In this document: piece by piece, positions 1 to 9,240 of the stretch
Layout: each line of letters opens with the position of its first letter
How positions within the stretch are numbered: the stretch's first letter is position 1
DNA from: a virus
Direction: 5' to 3' (one strand)
Length of the DNA stretch: 64,000 nt
IMG/VR virus record: IMGVR_UViG_3300042539_000280
Coordinates: 100,393-164,392 of that record
Notes under the pieces: generated by a model
Told to the model about the DNA's origin: nothing
Database searches by the model: none
What the model saw: the letters and a program-made list of their open reading frames with translations, nothing else
Made by a program: the position numbers and the translations under genes

Positions 1-100
1 AAATGTGGATTATTCTTCTCGTATTCATCACGTTCTGCAATGGTCATGGTATTGGTGTGTTCTTCACCTGTCTCTTTATTCATCCATGTATAATTAGGCA

Positions 101-295
101 TTATGCATTATCCTTTGGGTCATATGCTTTGTTATTCTTGATCCCACCATTCATATTAGCACCTAGAAAATGTGGTGCTGATAGTAGTTTCTCAAGTTCT
201 GGATGATTCTCTAAAAATTCATCCAGTTCGGAGATGGACATGAATACATCGAATGTCTCTCCGGTTTGTTTATCACGAAACGAATATGTTGGCAT
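101..295 (-). CDS. FmdB-like small protein (T4-like phage conserved)
   Basis: N-terminus MPTYSFRDKQTGETFDVFMS typical of the FmdB-like family; CTAAATA late-promoter-like motif upstream (305-311). Confidence 0.6.
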   Translation of the reverse strand: MPTYSFRDKQTGETFDVFMSISELDEFLENHPELEKLLSAPHFLGANMNGGIKNNKAYDPKDNA

Positions 296-307
296 TATAA
301 ATCCTAT

Positions 308-859
308 TTAGTTGAATTGTGCTACAAAACAATATCTATATGGATAAGATGATAAAGAAATTGGTGCTGGCTTATGCATTAGACTATTATCAAATACCAC
401 TATTCGATTAGGTCTAAACTCTACGGCCATTTCGACTTCACCTTTAGAATTACAGAATAATGTTTCTCCGCCCCAATCTTTATCCCATTTATTGTTCACA
501 TAATATAATAGGGTCTTTCTACTCTTACCATCATACTTCATATCATCAGAATGAAAATGATATTGCGACATATGAGTTGATAGAACAACCCATGAGTTTT
601 TCAATGTGGTGAAATGTTTTTGGAGAGGTAAGATATTGGTGCTATTGAATAGGCCAAAGTTATCCAAATCTTCATTTGAGAATTGACACCTTAGAAAACT
701 GTCTCTTTCCATCTGCAAGACGGTGAAAGAGACTGACCCTACTTTATAGTATGAGGTTTCTACGAAACTCTGGAATTTGAAAATCTCATAATCTTCAAAA
801 ACGTTATCATAGATGAATATATTTTCACCCGTTGATAACGTTCTTATTGTTTCTATCAT
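308..859 (-). CDS. 2OG-Fe(II) oxygenase (prolyl-4-hydroxylase-like)
   Basis: HSD...WGGETLF...IVVFD..LMH...R motifs; start taken at the ATGA overlap (ORF track start 871). Confidence 0.8.
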   Translation of the reverse strand: MIETIRTLSTGENIFIYDNVFEDYEIFKFQSFVETSYYKVGSVSFTVLQMERDSFLRCQFSNEDLDNFGLFNSTNILPLQKHFTTLKNSWVVLSTHMSQYHFHSDDMKYDGKSRKTLLYYVNNKWDKDWGGETLFCNSKGEVEMAVEFRPNRIVVFDNSLMHKPAPISLSSYPYRYCFVAQFN

Positions 860-1422
860 CCTGTAATCCACTCAGGAGGCTTACGGTTCTTCCACTTGTG
901 AAGATGTGCCTTGCCATACTTATAATAGTTTCGATAGTTCTCCATCGGAAACTGTGATATGATATATTTAGGATCCATGGCACTTGGAGGTGGAGTCATA
1001 TAGTCAGTATGTATAATTTTTCCTGGAAGAACCTCTAGCATATCAAGCAGGCCAGATGACTCAACTTTATGGATTTTACCATAGCGGTGGGTATATTCGT
1101 CACAATGTTCTTTGAGATACTGCCAGGTCCAGGCATAGTTATGACTATTATCACGGCACCAGATAGCACAAGGATGATTGATATGTGTAGCCTTATACAG
1201 CATAGTGTTACGCATATCATTCACAGATGGAAATTCATATCTGGTATGGTTACGCACCTTACCAGACGCAAGAGTCCGCTCCTCGATGATTGGTGTACCA
1301 TCGAGGATACGGTGTGCGGTAGATAGCAACTGCGCCGCTTCGAGGATCATCTTGACACAATGCGAGTCAACGGACCACTCGGCACACTTTTGAGGATCAG
1401 GGTCAATATAAAACAGGTTCAT
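856..1422 (-). CDS. pyrimidine-dimer DNA glycosylase / endonuclease V-like protein
   Basis: MNLFYID..P..CA...D.HCVKMILEAAQLLSTAH, THINHPC, YRNYY family motifs. Confidence 0.7.
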   Translation of the reverse strand: MNLFYIDPDPQKCAEWSVDSHCVKMILEAAQLLSTAHRILDGTPIIEERTLASGKVRNHTRYEFPSVNDMRNTMLYKATHINHPCAIWCRDNSHNYAWTWQYLKEHCDEYTHRYGKIHKVESSGLLDMLEVLPGKIIHTDYMTPPPSAMDPKYIISQFPMENYRNYYKYGKAHLHKWKNRKPPEWITG

Positions 1423-2543
1423 AGGTCTCTATCACCTTTCCAAAATGCCACGACAACAGGGAAACGGAGTTTACCGTCATCAGTCTTATTCTGATACCGT
1501 ATCGTTACGCTTGTATATCCATAATCATTATACAACAGGTCATGCAACGTGTCAAACGAGCCTCGCACTCCCGCAAACTGTGTGGTTCCGTCTTTCAAAC
1601 GGATTTCAATCCGCTTTACAGCATCGGCCCAGTTACCTTTACCTTCTTCCATAGAGACGATTTCAAATTCATCGTCCTCAAATTCCTTATGCTTGATAAG
1701 GTTCTTAGAACGCTTACCTTCATAAGATGAGTCGATAACACGAAGCATTTGACCTTCATATCCACTTTCAAGATATTCGCCGAGCATCATTTCAATGTCA
1801 TGTTCATCCTGAATATTGGAGGTCTTTACAGCCTGAACAATCGGATAATAACGATTACCAAAAGAGTTGCCTCGGCTAATATGACTATTGATAAAGGAAA
1901 GCCGATCAATGAACGGACCATCCATAATCACATCATACACATGATACTGAACCAACTTTGAGGCTTCGATATAGTCTTTTGTTTCAGGCTTAGTCTTACG
2001 AACAAGCGAGATAATCTTTTCGAAGTTGTCTCTTAGTTCATGGTTATACAGTTCACCATCTAACACGGCATCAGGAAATGCCTGAAAGAGCGGATCAAGT
2101 GCCTCAAGAATATGAGGACAAGAAACAATCGGCTTGCCATTGCGTGACTGCATACCATCTTTAGAGATAAGGCAGCGAACACCATCAAGTTTCGGCTGTG
2201 AGAAATACGGGAACTTGTTATGCTTCTTCGGATCATACTTGTCGGCCAACATGCACTCAAAGAATTTAGCACCAAAGTAAATAGACTCACCAACAGAGGT
2301 GTGATATTTACCCTGGTTCTGTTTCTTTGTATATTCAGCATCAACCTCGGCCTTCACCTGCTCGGCAACAGTCGTCGCATTAGAACGACCAACGTTCTTG
2401 GCCTCAGGATACTGCCAACCAGAAACTACAATCTTGCCACCTTCGATGCCAGAATGTGTGCGATACTTTTCGTTATCGTATTCCATCCACCAGACACGAG
2501 TTTTGCCCGTGGTGTCGATCTTGTAGAGTTTGTCGGCGTTCAT
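1419..2543 (-). CDS. lig: ATP-dependent DNA ligase
   Basis: QPKLDGVRC (motif I), LDGELY, GYEGQMLR, KRSKNLIKHK, C-terminal OB fold LRFPV. Confidence 0.92.
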   Translation of the reverse strand: MNADKLYKIDTTGKTRVWWMEYDNEKYRTHSGIEGGKIVVSGWQYPEAKNVGRSNATTVAEQVKAEVDAEYTKKQNQGKYHTSVGESIYFGAKFFECMLADKYDPKKHNKFPYFSQPKLDGVRCLISKDGMQSRNGKPIVSCPHILEALDPLFQAFPDAVLDGELYNHELRDNFEKIISLVRKTKPETKDYIEASKLVQYHVYDVIMDGPFIDRLSFINSHISRGNSFGNRYYPIVQAVKTSNIQDEHDIEMMLGEYLESGYEGQMLRVIDSSYEGKRSKNLIKHKEFEDDEFEIVSMEEGKGNWADAVKRIEIRLKDGTTQFAGVRGSFDTLHDLLYNDYGYTSVTIRYQNKTDDGKLRFPVVVAFWKGDRDL

Positions 2544-2546
2544 TGC

Positions 2547-2921
2547 TTAACATCCTTCGTCGGATATGATTTCTAAACCAACATCGGGACCGAAGTTGAT
2601 TTCTCTGCTAATTTGTTCTTCCCGATGTTTAACACTATCGAAGATAAAACGCAACTTGTTTTCTGTTGGCCAGAAACTTAGATAAGCGTTTTCACGATCA
2701 AATAGTTCCAGATATTCTTTCTCCGTGATAACACGATGGGAAAAGATATCTTCCGCAATATGATTCTGTGATACTTCTTCTAGTTTGTCTTGATAAGTTC
2801 CGGCTGTAATAGCGTCGGTCACATCATCAAGAGCATAATCATTTGGCTCACTATCAGGTAGTCGCACAACATATGTGTGGCGGAATGTGGAAACAGTTTC
2901 GACTAGGACAAGTTTGGACAT
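2547..2921 (-). CDS. hypothetical protein
   Basis: ORF packed in co-directional operon. Confidence 0.6.
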   Translation of the reverse strand: MSKLVLVETVSTFRHTYVVRLPDSEPNDYALDDVTDAITAGTYQDKLEEVSQNHIAEDIFSHRVITEKEYLELFDRENAYLSFWPTENKLRFIFDSVKHREEQISREINFGPDVGLEIISDEGC

Positions 2922-2925
2922 TATA

Positions 2926-3132
2926 TCAACTCCGTTCGATTAAGTCAAGTAGATTAGATAGGAAGCGTTCCTCAGAACCACATTGGCCTACGATACCTTC
3001 CCAAATTGGATCAATGCGAGACCGTGCCGCAAAGTCATGTTTGATACGGCGAATTTCAGCCAGTCGTTCATATAGTTTTTCTTTGATTTCGATTAGTGCC
3101 ACATCGGCGCTTTTAGTTAGAAACTCTGTCAT
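2926..3132 (-). CDS. hypothetical protein
   Basis: ORF with ATGA overlap. Confidence 0.55.
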   Translation of the reverse strand: MTEFLTKSADVALIEIKEKLYERLAEIRRIKHDFAARSRIDPIWEGIVGQCGSEERFLSNLLDLIERS

Positions 3133-3545
3133 TCTGCCACCTCTAGTTTATCTTTATTGACTTTCAATGTTACTTTCTTAGCAGCATTGATATCACCAAC
3201 CAGTTTGGTATAGTCACGACCACCATCAATAGCAACTGGGCCGCACTCCCGATAATGATGACGATAATGAGAATAATACACATTATCACCAATCTGAATA
3301 CCCTCGAAAGGTTCAGTAGCGGTGATGCCATTCGTTATCATAAACTGTTCGCCATTGTGATACAAGGCGAAGTAATTAGAACCCTGCGGGTGTGCTTCTT
3401 CTGTATAAAAGATAGCGGCAGGAAAGTTGGCCCAACCGTGCTTGCCTTTGATACAAGACTCCATAACGAATGTAGCCTTATACATATTCTCCATCTTAGC
3501 GATGCCATCGGGTTTCAGGAAGGTACATTCATTATGGATTTTCAT
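3129..3545 (-). CDS. conserved phage hypothetical protein
   Basis: start MKIHNEC after AAGGAG; C-terminal YSHYRHHY...IDGGRDY motif. Confidence 0.6.
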   Translation of the reverse strand: MKIHNECTFLKPDGIAKMENMYKATFVMESCIKGKHGWANFPAAIFYTEEAHPQGSNYFALYHNGEQFMITNGITATEPFEGIQIGDNVYYSHYRHHYRECGPVAIDGGRDYTKLVGDINAAKKVTLKVNKDKLEVAE

Positions 3546-3555
3546 ATCTATCTCC

Positions 3556-4020
3556 TTACCACGATGCACGATAATAGACGGAGCGATTTTCGGCCCACTT
3601 AAAGTCCGGGTCACCCCACTTACCAACAGCAGGTGCCGCATTGCGGACCCATTCAAGTGCCTTAGTAAAGATGGAGATATCCTGGGCCTTCTGTTTCTCA
3701 TAAGAGAAATATTCATCACTCTCGCCAGGAAAGTAAGAGCGACCAAAGAAGAAACCTTCAACACGTTCCTCGAACATGCCATCGGCTTCTAGTGTATCGA
3801 TAATCTTTTGTAGGTTTTCCTGAGTAAGCCAGATACTCTGGCAATTATCTTCACCATCTGCAAATTCATTTACAATGAACCCATGCAGATTGGCATGTTT
3901 ACGCCAATAGCCAATATCAAGAGTTTTATTGGTTACGATAAAGCCATCTTCCATGACCGGGTTGGCATCGGTCTCCGAAGAAACGGTCTTTTCGCCATAG
4001 AGATACATATCAAGACCCAT
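3556..4020 (-). CDS. conserved phage hypothetical protein (MGLDMY...YWRK family)
   Basis: MGLDMYL, GYWRKHANLHG, terminal YRASW. Confidence 0.7.
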   Translation of the reverse strand: MGLDMYLYGEKTVSSETDANPVMEDGFIVTNKTLDIGYWRKHANLHGFIVNEFADGEDNCQSIWLTQENLQKIIDTLEADGMFEERVEGFFFGRSYFPGESDEYFSYEKQKAQDISIFTKALEWVRNAAPAVGKWGDPDFKWAENRSVYYRASW

Positions 4021-4360
4021 GTTTCACTCCATCTATATGAGAACAACGATTGCGCCATTTGTAGGCGGTGCAGGTACACGAATAACGTTTAAACGGACCT
4101 TTTGTCACGACATACTTATCATCAACCACTCTAACATTGTCAGGTAGGCCCGAACGGTCGACCCAGGCCGCCACGATATCACGTTTATCAAGTATGCGAA
4201 CCGGTGCGTCATATTCACCTGTAGTTAGAGCAAATTCATTTTCGGACAGCCATGAAAAGTGTAAGACATGGCCAATGTAAGTATGTTCTTTAGGTTCATA
4301 CTTAGCATGAAAACCCGGCCGATAGGCCGAGTTTTTATATTTGAGTTTTAAGAGGGCCAT
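4010..4360 (-). CDS. SWIM zinc-finger protein
   Basis: C-terminal CTC-x8-CSH; AGGAG RBS. Confidence 0.7.
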   Translation of the reverse strand: MALLKLKYKNSAYRPGFHAKYEPKEHTYIGHVLHFSWLSENEFALTTGEYDAPVRILDKRDIVAAWVDRSGLPDNVRVVDDKYVVTKGPFKRYSCTCTAYKWRNRCSHIDGVKHGS

Positions 4361-4374
4361 AAGCACTCCTGAAA

Positions 4375-4917
4375 TTAGAGCAATTTCGAAAGGTCGAGAC
4401 CGTCAATGGAGTCCCAGTCACGGTCAACGTTGAAGGACGTGCCGACTTCGCCGGAAGTACCGAACGTTTCCGTCACATCATCAAACTCCCGAACCTTCTT
4501 CTTCGGTGCAGCCTTACGCTTTGCAGCAACGGCCTTTAGCGTCTCAAGGTTCTTTGCCTTGATTGCTGCCTTATCGACAACCTTAGCAGGCGCCTTGACC
4601 TTAGCAACTGCCTTCGGTGCAGCAATTTTAGCCTTAGCAGCAGGCTTAGCAATCTTGCTTTTCGGCGTAGCACCACGAAGATCAGCAGCATTTGCCGGCT
4701 CGGCGATCATTGTATAAGAAACGACCTTGCGGCCATCTTTGTTAGCCTGAATAGTAAAACCATAACGGGTATTCAGGAACGAAACATACTTAGCCGCATA
4801 ATCACCAGTGCCGACATGGGCATTGATAACGTCGGGCGTTACAGTAGCGCCGAGCGGGAACACGGCAAGGGCACGGATTTCAGGACGGACACCATTAGAA
4901 GCAGCAACACGGGGCAT
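4375..4917 (-). CDS. putative DNA-binding protein (winged-helix-like N-terminus plus Ala/Lys-rich histone H1-like linker)
   Basis: AKPAAKAKIAAPKAVAKVKAPAK low-complexity basic tract; own sigma70-like promoter and AAGGAG RBS. Confidence 0.55.
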   Translation of the reverse strand: MPRVAASNGVRPEIRALAVFPLGATVTPDVINAHVGTGDYAAKYVSFLNTRYGFTIQANKDGRKVVSYTMIAEPANAADLRGATPKSKIAKPAAKAKIAAPKAVAKVKAPAKVVDKAAIKAKNLETLKAVAAKRKAAPKKKVREFDDVTETFGTSGEVGTSFNVDRDWDSIDGLDLSKLL

Positions 4918-4948
4918 ATTTAACTCCTTTTCTCATTTCAATACGGAT

Positions 4949-5040
4949 ATTATAGCACATAGGACGGATTAGTCAAGCGAAAAGGTATGTCAACGCCTGC
5001 GACATATTGTCGCACCCTGAATGTAGACGGTTGACATACC
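4949..5040 (-). promoter_or_regulatory. promoter/operator cassette copy 1 (TTGACT-16-TATAAT, extended -10; palindrome TGCGACAtatTGTCGCA)
   Basis: -10 at 4949-4954, -35 at 4971-4976, palindrome 4998-5014, inverted repeat GGTATGTCAAC 4984-4994 / GTTGACATACC 5030-5040. Confidence 0.8.
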
Positions 5041-5046
5041 CTGTTG

Positions 5047-5271
5047 TCATTCACCACCCTCTAGTCTGTTTACATACATCATACGGGACGCACCGCCCGC
5101 ATAATCAAAATCCAAGGACTCGATTATGCCGTTGACCATGTCACGGTCAACCTTGAGACGGGAACGCTCATTAACATATTCTACCACATCGCCAACATAG
5201 TAGGCACCTGCCTCTATAGCATCACCTACCAATTCAACAATATCGGTATAGGCATCAGACATACGGGACAT
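5047..5271 (-). CDS. hypothetical protein
   Basis: ORF with GGAGG RBS. Confidence 0.55.
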   Translation of the reverse strand: MSRMSDAYTDIVELVGDAIEAGAYYVGDVVEYVNERSRLKVDRDMVNGIIESLDFDYAGGASRMMYVNRLEGGE

Positions 5272-5272
5272 A

Positions 5273-5989
5273 TTAGAACCTCCAGAAAGAGTTGATCATA
5301 TTGGTAACATAAACGTCGAGAATTTCCCAAACGTTTTTATTCGACTCAAGGTCCTCTTTCATCTTGCGAACCTTGGCCATCATGCTCATACCATGGGCAG
5401 GATAAGCAACGACCTTGACAGTCTTATCCCAGCAGGCACGGCAGTCGCCGCATTTACCATCACGCTCATATGCACCACACATAAACGCATCCGTCGGTTC
5501 ATCGGCAAACGAAACAACGGTCGAACCATGTTCCTCTGTAAATTCACCGACAATAGACGGAGACGAATAACGCACCGCAGCATTGGGCAGAGTTTTCATA
5601 CGGTCAAGAACCGCACGGATCTTCGGGATAGTATAAGACTTGGTCGGCAGCCAATGCTGCACATGCGGAGTCTTTTGCATCACCAGAAAGATTTTAAAAG
5701 CAAGAGCGGGATGATAAACGTCTCCCGAGTCGAACCAACGGAAAAACTTTTGCTTTGCAAGAGCCAGCACCATATCATCGACCCATTCGGCACGTTTCCA
5801 ATCTTCACGATTTTCTTCACGGACACGTTTTGAGTTTTTGAAACTGTAAGTGCCACCTTTAGCATAGCATCCGGCACAAACGGGCAACGGCTGCTTAGTA
5901 AACGGGTCAATCGATCCAGGGCAGGTCGAACCGGCCTGGAGAGACCACGATTTAGCGGGCATTTTCGACGCCTTGGAGAGATTAATCAT
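5273..5989 (-). CDS. Gp88-like Cys-rich protein
   Basis: SKMP...TCPG...CAGCYA, FRWFDSGD, WLPTK, CGDCRACW. Confidence 0.7.
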   Translation of the reverse strand: MINLSKASKMPAKSWSLQAGSTCPGSIDPFTKQPLPVCAGCYAKGGTYSFKNSKRVREENREDWKRAEWVDDMVLALAKQKFFRWFDSGDVYHPALAFKIFLVMQKTPHVQHWLPTKSYTIPKIRAVLDRMKTLPNAAVRYSSPSIVGEFTEEHGSTVVSFADEPTDAFMCGAYERDGKCGDCRACWDKTVKVVAYPAHGMSMMAKVRKMKEDLESNKNVWEILDVYVTNMINSFWRF

Positions 5990-6022
5990 TTTTGTTCCTT
6001 TTTCAATTTTCATCATACGGTA

Positions 6023-6167
6023 ATAATAGCACAAAGGAACGGTAAAGGCAACAGAAAAGGTATGTAAACAGGTGCGACATGATGACGCACCCTTAGTCTA
6101 TAGTTTTGGTAGTCTTTTGCGATTGTAGACAGATTTCTTGTCTACATACACCTTCGGTCTACATACA
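6023..6167 (-). promoter_or_regulatory. promoter/operator cassette copy 2
   Basis: TTGCCT-17-TATTAT; GGTGCGACATGATGACGCACC at 6071-6091; 33 bp identical to copy 3; GTCTACATACA twice at 6140-6167. Confidence 0.75.
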
Positions 6168-6371
6168 GGAGTCCGGAGTGCCTTGGCCACCGGATTTATG
6201 GTTTTGCGTTTCAATTTAGATAAACCTCCTCTATTTCAAAGTCATCAGAAGAAATTCCTTCATCGATTTCAAATTCTTCTAACATCATATCAATACAGGC
6301 CTGTGCCTGTTCTATTGTCTTAAAGACTCCACACATATCTGGTTCGAGAGAAAAATAAAGATTATAAACTT

Positions 6372-6551
6372 TCATTCTACATAATCCTCCACAATACTAA
6401 AGTCCTCAGGTGAATACATTGCTTCACCTTCAAATTCTTCGGCCAGCATTTCATTGAGATATGCTTCTGCCTTTTCATAGTTTGAATAGATGCCACGAAT
6501 AACTTTACCATCAATCAGGTCATCATACCAAAGAATAAAGATGTTATTCAT
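6372..6551 (-). CDS. small early protein, G[IV][YF]S..E.A family paralog 1
   Basis: 59-aa ORF MNNIFILWYDDLIDGKVIRGIYSNYEKAEAY..., GGAGG RBS; below the ORF-track cutoff. Confidence 0.6.
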   Translation of the reverse strand: MNNIFILWYDDLIDGKVIRGIYSNYEKAEAYLNEMLAEEFEGEAMYSPEDFSIVEDYVE

Positions 6552-6823
6552 TATCTTGCCTCCACAGTATTACCTTGATAAAAGGCATCATTCTTATAGT
6601 GTTCGATATAACGTTTTACTGCTACACGAGAGATACCACGAAAGGTAAGAAAGGTGCCCGCACTAAAGTAAACGGTCAGATTGAACGTATTAACATTAGC
6701 CATTATATTTACTCCTTAGAGAAAGGTAAACACCAAGAACGCCGATTGTATATACGATAACCATCCACTCCGGCACGAAAGCATAAAGCGGATAGCCGTC
6801 AAAGCGGATGGATATTGTCATTA

Positions 6824-7006
6824 TTACGGTCCTTGCCATTCAGCGGCCGGAGCATCTAACTCACGAGCCTCGATACGATAAAACGGTACATCAACAGAAC
6901 GATCCCAGTCCTCAAATGCAGCACGAGCCGCATCCTCAGAACCATACACACCAATCAACCAGTCAGAGTCCGAGAACGGCTCGGCTACCAAAGCATATAC
7001 TCGCAT
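6824..7006 (-). CDS. small early protein, G[IV][YF]S..E.A family paralog 2
   Basis: MRVYALV...LIGVYGSEDAA. Confidence 0.6.
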   Translation of the reverse strand: MRVYALVAEPFSDSDWLIGVYGSEDAARAAFEDWDRSVDVPFYRIEARELDAPAAEWQGP

Positions 7007-7422
7007 TTAGTTCGTCCTATCAATAACAATCCACAGCAAAGTGCCGATAAAGGAAAACGTAGCAACCATACCGAGTGCCACATATTGCATGATTTTATTT
7101 TCGTCCATCATCTAACAATCTCCTTCTCCATAATGTATAACCAGTTACCATCATCGGTTTGTTTACCAAACCGCATGATTGAATATCCGATATTAGATAA
7201 TTCGACCAGTCGTTTGGCGACGAAACGAAAAGAACCAGACAGGATTATTTGGTGTGTCATATGAAAATATCCTCCAATTCGTCCATGTCGTTTATAGTAC
7301 CAGGAACAATCCAATATGAGATATCAGCATCAAGTAACAGATTGCCAAGGTACTGTGTGAAACAATACTCACGAGTGCCACGTTCATCGTAGATAGAATA
7401 AAACACCGTCATATTAGTTCTC

Positions 7423-7695
7423 CTATTCAGCCATCACGGCCTTGAGCAAATCTTCATTCATAACAGTAGCAGCAATAAGGCGCAAGGTCTTTAACTTGCG
7501 GGTTGCTATTGTTACAAGTTCGGGATCACTCAGGCAATCCCGCTTCATTCCCATTTCAGATAATGTGACGGCGAGTTCTTCCATGGGCAATTCCATGTTC
7601 TCACGATATTCTTGAGTATCAAGATTGACAATCGTAGTCATATCAATTCTCCATGCTAGTAAGAGCAATAAGAGCAAACGCAACCGGCGGAACAA
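7423..7695 (-). CDS. hypothetical protein
   Basis: ORF; likely start at the internal MTTIV after GGAGA. Confidence 0.45.
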   Translation of the reverse strand: MFRRLRLLLLLLLAWRIDMTTIVNLDTQEYRENMELPMEELAVTLSEMGMKRDCLSDPELVTIATRKLKTLRLIAATVMNEDLLKAVMAE

Positions 7696-7729
7696 ACACT
7701 ACCATAAAGAGAACGATATCAGTCATTAA

Positions 7730-7945
7730 TTACTCCCAAGGTTTGGCTTCACCAAGATAACAACGTGCCTGTCTAGTACCTTCAGGATTAACTAGATTAA
7801 GAAACGTGTTACCCCATTCACCGATACGGGTTGACTCGGTGATATGAATAATAGTCCAAATTTGACGGCCGGTGCCAATTTTAATCTTGTCACCGATTAC
7901 AGGATCCCATCGTTTTTCATCTTTAAAGCGATTTGACCTTTTCAT
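7730..7945 (-). CDS. hypothetical protein
   Basis: ORF with GGAGG RBS. Confidence 0.55.
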   Translation of the reverse strand: MKRSNRFKDEKRWDPVIGDKIKIGTGRQIWTIIHITESTRIGEWGNTFLNLVNPEGTRQARCYLGEAKPWE

Positions 7946-8105
7946 TATTAATCCTCCAGATTAAGAGTGCCGGGAACGATCCAATAGGACTCGGACGGAT
8001 ATTTGCCGCTATTGTGATTAGCACAATAGTAAGCAACCATCCAATCGTTATCAAAACCATCGGGTTCGAATACCGAAAGAGCATAGATATGACGCATAAA
8101 ATACA

Positions 8106-8285
8106 TTATATTTCCTCTCCACATTGGCCGAATTGATATATTTCGTCCAGTTCAACCTTACGGATATAAACGTCACTGTCTTTCAGAGACAATACATAAT
8201 CACGAGCCTTCACATAACTGGAGAATATGCCCATTAATTGCTCGCCCTCATAAGCGATTGACCATATTACAGCGAAAACTTCCAT
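8106..8285 (-). CDS. small early protein, G[IV][YF]S..[EK].A family paralog 3
   Basis: 59-aa ORF MEVFAVIWSIAYEGEQLMGIFSSYVKARDY... Confidence 0.6.
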   Translation of the reverse strand: MEVFAVIWSIAYEGEQLMGIFSSYVKARDYVLSLKDSDVYIRKVELDEIYQFGQCGEEI

Positions 8286-8486
8286 GATATTAACCTTTCG
8301 TTAGTTTAACCTTAGAAACAGTATAACCCTTCTTCGGGCGTTTCACAGGTTTGGCCACTTTAATTGTACCGCCATTCTCAAAATAGTTAGTGAGGGCGTT
8401 AAGAGTGCCAAGGTCCAGGTTAAAGGACTTTTTAACGAAACGGGCGTTAGACATGATATTTTCCTTTCAATCTCGATTGTTGACGT

Positions 8487-8585
8487 ATCCTAGCACAACG
8501 GAACGGCATTGTCAATGTAAACTGGCACGGAACTGGTGCGACATGATGACGCACCCTTAGTCTATAGAGTCGGTAGAGTGTTGTC
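8487..8585 (-). promoter_or_regulatory. promoter/operator cassette copy 3
   Basis: TTGACA-17-TAGGAT; GGTGCGACATGATGACGCACCCTTAGTCTATAG at 8535-8567. Confidence 0.75.
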
Positions 8586-8587
8586 AT

Positions 8588-8908
8588 TCACCGAACGTCT
8601 GTATTGAGGGCGGGAGAGAGGTCACGGATCAATTCCCGCTCACGGAGGTGAGCCTCGGCCTTGCCTCGAACCACCTCATAATAGCAGACCTCGAACGCCT
8701 CCGGACCGTATTTCCGTATCGCCTTGCATAAGGCCCAGTCCCTGCCTTCGGTAAGGGCTCGGCGGACATGCTTTTGCCAGCGACGGATAACAGACTTGGA
8801 CACGGCTGATTTGTCTACATACGTCACACCGATATACTCTAAACCATTGACGGATAAAGAATATATGACATGCTTACGGTCGGAACGTGATTTGCGCTTT
8901 TTGATCAT
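8588..8908 (-). CDS. stand-alone GIY-YIG nuclease domain protein
   Basis: VIY-x8-YIGVT, R-W-x-x-H, conserved E and N (ERELI...LN). Confidence 0.75.
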   Translation of the reverse strand: MIKKRKSRSDRKHVIYSLSVNGLEYIGVTYVDKSAVSKSVIRRWQKHVRRALTEGRDWALCKAIRKYGPEAFEVCYYEVVRGKAEAHLRERELIRDLSPALNTDVR

Positions 8909-8913
8909 GCTGC

Positions 8914-9037
8914 ATTATAGCACAAGGAACGGAATAGGCAATAAAAAAGGTATGTAAACGACTGCGACAGGATGTCGCACCCTGACCTTGGCCGTTTACA
9001 TACCTATAAATCTACCGGAATAGTAGAGTGTTTACAA
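8914..9037 (-). promoter_or_regulatory. promoter/operator cassette copy 4
   Basis: TTGCCT-16-TATAAT; TGCGACAggaTGTCGCA 8963-8979; 13-bp inverted repeat AGGTATGTAAACG 8948-8960 / CGTTTACATACCT 8993-9005. Confidence 0.8.
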
Positions 9038-9240
9038 TAGATTAATGCTCGTAAAAATCGTCCACTTCGTCAAAATCCTCGGTGTGTTCCATCCACGCCT
9101 TCTTGAGGTTCTTGAGAGGACGCTTTTTAGAAACCTCAGATTGAGGTCTTTCTAGGCGTTTGCCGCCATACTTGCGATCCTCTTCCTGGAGTTCGGCGTA
9201 GATAGAGTCGATAGGATTATGCGATTTCATCTTAGTCATG

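Noticed and set aside
4949-9037. CRISPR-like array from the repeated palindromes
   Set aside because: Copies are 0.4-41 kb apart, separated by genes and tied to promoters; no regular repeat-spacer pattern or cas genes
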